The notes under the pieces were generated by a model. It had not been told where the DNA came from and did not search any database. It saw only the letters and a list, made by a program, of their open reading frames with translations. Position numbers and translations under genes: made by a program. 64,000 nt of DNA from Eledone cirrhosa (lineage: Eukaryota), in the NCBI GenBank assembly GCA_964016885.1, contig OZ024741.1:219108001-219172000 (forward strand), given 5' to 3'. Positions 61,208-64,000 of the stretch are shown here, one piece after another. How positions within the stretch are numbered: position 1 is the first letter of the stretch; the number at the start of each line of letters is the position of its first letter.

Positions 61208-62995
61208 TAGTCTGCCCCAAATCGATCCAATAGAAGGACCAGCGGTGCAAGTTAAAGGTAGTATAATAAGTAAGGCAATCAAAGATATGAAGACAGGCAA
61301 GGCAGCTGGGCCTTCGGAGATAGTTGCTGAAATGCATCTGGAACAGTGGGAAACACTATGGTGACCCGGATAGTAAACAAAGCCATACAGAACGGGGTCA
61401 TACCAAATGACTGGCATAGCAGCATCATCATTAACTGCTACAAGGGTAAAGGAGATGCACTAGATAGAAGAAACTATAGAGGCATTAAATTAATTGACCA
61501 GGTCATGAAGGTCACAGAAAAAGTTATAGCGCAACTAATCAGAGAGCAAATTGATTTAGATGAAATGCAGTTTGGGTTTGTGTCAGGTAAAAGTACCACA
61601 GACATCCTTTTCCTTGTATGACAACTACAGGAGAAGTATCTAGCTAAAAGTAAACCCCTATACTTAGCTTATTTTGACTTGGAGAAAGCATTTGACAGAG
61701 TCACCTGTGCCATTATCTGGTGGGCCCTTAGAAAACTAGGGGTTGATGAATGGCTTGTAAGAGCTGTACAAGCCATGTATAAAGAAACAGTCAGCAAGGT
61801 TAGAATTAACAATGAATATAGTGAAGAATTTAGCGTAAACATTGGTGTTCATCAGGCCTCTGTCCTTAGCCCCCTCCTATTTATTATTGCCTTTCAGGCT
61901 ATAACAGAGGAGTTCAAGACTGGCTGCTTATGGGAACTTCTATATGCAGATGATCTAATGCTCATAGCTGAATCGATGGCTGGACGAGAGAAGAAATTCC
62001 AAACATGGAAGCATGGCCTAGAATCAAAAGGCCTTAAAGTTAACTTGTCTAAGACTAAAGTTCTAGTATGTAGGAAGGAAAATAGGGCACCGGTCCCCTC
62101 TGGGAAATGGCCATGCTCAGTGTGTAGGAAAGGAGTAGGCAGAAATTCCATTTTATGTCCCAAATGCAGAGTATGGGTGCATAAAAGATGTAGTGGGAAC
62201 ACAGGTAAGCTATCTAAGAACGTAGATTTTATATGTGGCCAGTGCTCAGGTGCAATAAGTAGCAAGTGCCCAGAGGATACTAGCTCCTTCTATTGCCCAG
62301 ATGACTCTATAGAAATTGTGGACACCTTCCGTTACCTGGGTGACAAAATCAGCAGTGATGGAGGGTGCTCAGAAAGTACAGTAGCCAGAGTCAGAACGGG
62401 ATGGAAAAAGTTCAGAGTGCTTATACCACTATTGGCCGCTAAAGGTTTCTCTCTAAAAATGAAGGGCAGACTGTATGATGCCTGGATACGAACAGCTATG
62501 TTACATGGCAGTGAGACATGGGCATTGTGTGCAGAGGATCTGTGCAGACTGGAGAGGAACGAAGCATGCATGCTCCGCTGGATGTTTTAATAGTAATATA
62601 CGTGAACAGCAAAGCATAAATGAACTAAGCGAGAAATTAGGTATAAGAGGGATCAGATGCTGTTTACTCGAGAGAAGACTACATTGGTATGGTCACGTGA
62701 TGCGCATGAAAGGAGACAGTTGTATAAAAAAATGCAGGGCAATCAAAATTGATGGAAGTTACGGAGTAGGCAGACACAGAAAAACCTGGGACGATTTGAT
62801 AAATTCTGACCTTACACACTTACACCTCTCTAAGACAATGTCACTGGACCGAGATCTTTGGCGCTATGCAGTAATACAGAAAACCTGCCTTGCCTAAGTA
62901 CAACGCAAAACCTACAGTCAGTAGGCACTTCTTAATTAAATATGCACCTCCATCCCACTACCCTCAAATTCCCCACCCATACCCCCATCAACACC
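61208..62995 (+). mobile_element. RTE family B-related copy, degenerate
   Basis: RT motifs across ORFs 61346-61621, 61679-62590, 62475-62897 with stops and frameshifts. Confidence 0.92.
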
Positions 62996-63419
62996 AGCCC
63001 CTTTCTCAGAGTATACAAACACTCTGATGAAACAACATATGCATTCACACATTTCACATATGCACACATACACCCCCACATATATATATCTTCATCATCA
63101 TCATTTTTATGTTCATTCTTCCATACTTGCATGGGTTGGATGTATATACAAGAACATCTTTGTCTGTTCCCTTGTCATTTTAACTTGGATTGCCTCAAGA
63201 GTGCAACCTTATTATGTAAGAAGCTGTCTGGTGAGATCATGGCATTGGGTACGTGGGATTGCATGGTCAATGTTGTAATTGAAATATGTATCACACCCTT
63301 ATTAATAAAGGACTTTAACATCTGAAACTACTTTGTATTTTCTTATTCTGTATATGTTTATCCCAGGTTCAATCGGGGGTAACCACAGTAAGTAAGGTAC
63401 TCAAAACATAGCAGAGTAT

Positions 63420-63541
63420 ATATTTAATATAGAAATGGCTTCTGTTTCATTTGGAGGAAATCATCAGGAAAGCCCTTTCCTGATGATTTCCTCCGAATGA
63501 AACAGTTCTAGTCCTGTAGAAGCCATTTCTATATTAAATAT
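63420..63541. repeat. Palindrome built from a hammerhead-like pseudo-LTR fragment
   Basis: ATCATCAGGAAA-GCCC-TTTCCTGATGAT centre; CTGATGA-TTTC(CTCC)GAAT-GAAACAG; 12-bp indel between arms. Confidence 0.7.
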
Positions 63542-63551
63542 TAATATATAT

Positions 63552-63822
63552 ATCATCATCATCATTTTACGTCTGCTTTTCCCTGCTTGCAAGGGTGGGA
63601 CGGGAACTGATGCTGGCTTGATTTCTACAGCTAGATGCCCTTCCTAACACCAACCTCATTTACAGTGAGTGCTGGGTGCTTTTTGCTGTGGCACCTACAC
63701 GACCACTTTGCAGTGGAATGTTAGGGACCCCACTCCCTATCATCTCATTTCTATAGCTGAGTAAACTGGAGCAATCTGAAATAAAGTGTCTTGCTCAAGG
63801 AAACAGCACATCACCCAGTTTC
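63552..63822 (-). mobile_element. CORE-like SINE with RTE-derived tail
   Basis: Near-identical to 31830-32100. Confidence 0.8.
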
Positions 63823-63861
63823 CTTGAGCATGTATATATATATATATATATGTGTATATAT

Positions 63862-64000
63862 ATCATCATCATCATCATCATCGTTTACCGTCTATCTTCC
63901 ACGCTAGCATGGGTTTAGACGGGAATTGTCCCACTTGAGGCAAGAGTGGTTGTCTCGCTCGTTTAGGACTGTCTGGCAGTTTTTCTAAAGCTGGATACCC
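63862..64000 (-). mobile_element. RTE family B 3' terminus
   Basis: Matches 29586-29740. Confidence 0.85.

Overview
Repeat-saturated, AT-rich animal genomic DNA, most likely from an octopus or other coleoid cephalopod. That assignment is inferred from the (TA)n/(CA)n density, RTE LINEs with (GAT)n tails and the tRNA-derived SINE types. No host protein-coding exon can be identified with confidence, and most long ORFs in the track are microsatellite artefacts. The dominant feature is a 16.7-kb head-to-tail trimer of a Penelope-like retroelement (40198-56924; RT plus C-terminal GIY-YIG, Naiad-like), with four pseudo-LTRs that each contain a minimal type I hammerhead ribozyme with a non-canonical U3-A8 core. 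At least four other Penelope-like remnants carry hammerheads, including a form with a >100-nt helix II, and several form fold-back palindromes. Also present: several RTE LINE families whose RT contains an inserted PHD-type finger, RTE-tailed and other tRNA-SINEs, a truncated maT/mariner transposon, a small non-autonomous Helitron, MITEs, large mini- and microsatellites, and a CpG-enriched patch with RFX X-boxes that may be a host promoter. All RNA structures were read by eye, not computed.
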